Shown here one piece after another: positions 62,828-64,000 of a stretch of DNA of 64,000 nt (the stretch's first letter is position 1; every line of letters starts with the position of its first letter). Location: assembly GCF_009914755.1 (NCBI RefSeq), contig NC_060929.1, one strand, 5' to 3'. Under the pieces are notes generated by a model. The model searched no databases, had not been told where the DNA came from, and worked only from the letters and a program-made list of their open reading frames with translations. Origin of the DNA: the human T2T-CHM13v2.0 reference genome, Homo sapiens. Position numbers and translations under genes: made by a program.

Positions 62828-64000
62828 TCATATGGTTTATATGTTTTCTCCCCTCCAAATCTCATGTTGAAAGGTGACCTTCAGTGTTGGAGGTGGGTCT
62901 AGTGAAAGGTGTTGGGTCATGGGGGTGGATCCCTCATGAATAGCTTGGTGCTGTCCTTGTGGTAATAAATGAGCTCTCTCACTGTTTGTGTTCAAGTGAG
63001 ATCTGGTTGTTTAAAGCAGCCTGTCATCTCCTACCTCTCTCTCTTGTTCCTACTCTTGCTACTTGATGCACTATCTCTCCATTCACCTTCCACCATAATT
63101 CTAAGCTTCCCCAGGGCCTCAGCAGAAGCTCAACAGATGTGGGTGCCATGCTTTTACAGCCTGGAGAAGCATGAGCCAAATAAACCTCTTTTCTTTATAA
63201 ATTACCCAGCCTCAGGTATTTTTTTATAGCAATACAAGCAAGCTAATATAGAAAATTGGTACCAAGGAGTAGGGAATTTCTATAAAAATATCTGAAGACG
63301 TGGAAGTATCTTTGGTAGTGGGGAACAGGCAGAGTTTGGAGGTCTCAGAGAAGACAACAGGGAATGAGAAAAAGTACAGAACTTCATGAGACTTGTTAAA
63401 TGGTTGTGACCAAAATACTAATGAAAATACTGCCAGTGAAGACCAGGCTGATGAGGTCTCAGATGGAAATGAGAAAGTTATTGGGAATTAGGGCAAAGGT
63501 CACATTTGTTACACTTTAGCAAAGAACTTGGCTGAATTGTGCCCATGCCCCAGGACTCTGTGGAAGTTTGAACTTAAACAGTGATGACCTAACGTATCTA
63601 GCAGAAGAAATATCTAAGCAGCAAAATTTTCAGGGAAGCAGAGTATAGAACTTTGGAAAAGTCACAACTTGACCATGTGATAGGGAAGGAAAAATCATTT
63701 TCAGGATAGAAATTCAAGTGGCATATGGTGCAACCACTTTCTATAGAGATTAGCGTAACTCTGTAGAGCCAAATGCTAATAGCTGAGGTAATGGGAAAAA
63801 AGCCTCAAAGACATTTTAGAAATCAGTGAGGCAGTCCCTTTCACCATAGGCCCCGAAGCCTAGAAGAAAAGAATAGGTTTTAGGGACAGGCCTAGGGCTC
63901 TACTGCCGTGTGTGACCTCAGGACCCTGCTCCCTGCATCCCTGCTACTCCAGTTCCAGTTGTGGCTCAAACGACCTACAGCTCAGGCCACTGTTTCAGGG
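62828..64000 (+). mobile_element. MSTB-type MaLR provirus: 5' LTR ~62828-63250 plus internal region running off the window
   Basis: CCCCTCCAAATCTCATGTTGAAA...GAGCCAAATAAACCTCTTTTCTTTATAAATTACCCAGCCTCAGGTA...CTAATATA|GAAAATTGGTACC; internal GAGGTCTCAGATGGAAATGAG. Confidence 0.92.

Overview
AT-rich, CpG-poor primate (probably human or ape; AluY and L1PA2/3-type elements are present) genomic DNA with no recognisable intact host gene. Most of it is transposable elements: an ERVL pol/dUTPase remnant with its MLT2 LTR, MaLR LTRs and proviruses, L1s of many ages, Tigger1, about 14 Alus, and MIR/L2 relics. Nearly all ORFs in the track are TE or microsatellite artefacts. The exception is a minus-strand intronless retrocopy of DPPA3/STELLA (~48.5-49.6 kb) that keeps a 127-codon frame with the VRT (UHRF1-binding) and NES-like motifs. 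Other highlights: (1) a 12.5-kb L1PB whose target-site duplication only closes ~1.5 kb past its own 3' end, suggesting an ancient 3' transduction; (2) a complex templated insertion in the (TA)n tract of an MLT2A LTR, made of an inverted self-copy plus a 144-bp copy of sequence 3.5 kb away; (3) a micro-scale direct-inverted-direct triplication at 28.9 kb. Subfamily names come from recalled consensus sequences, not a database search. Boundaries are approximate unless a TSD is quoted.
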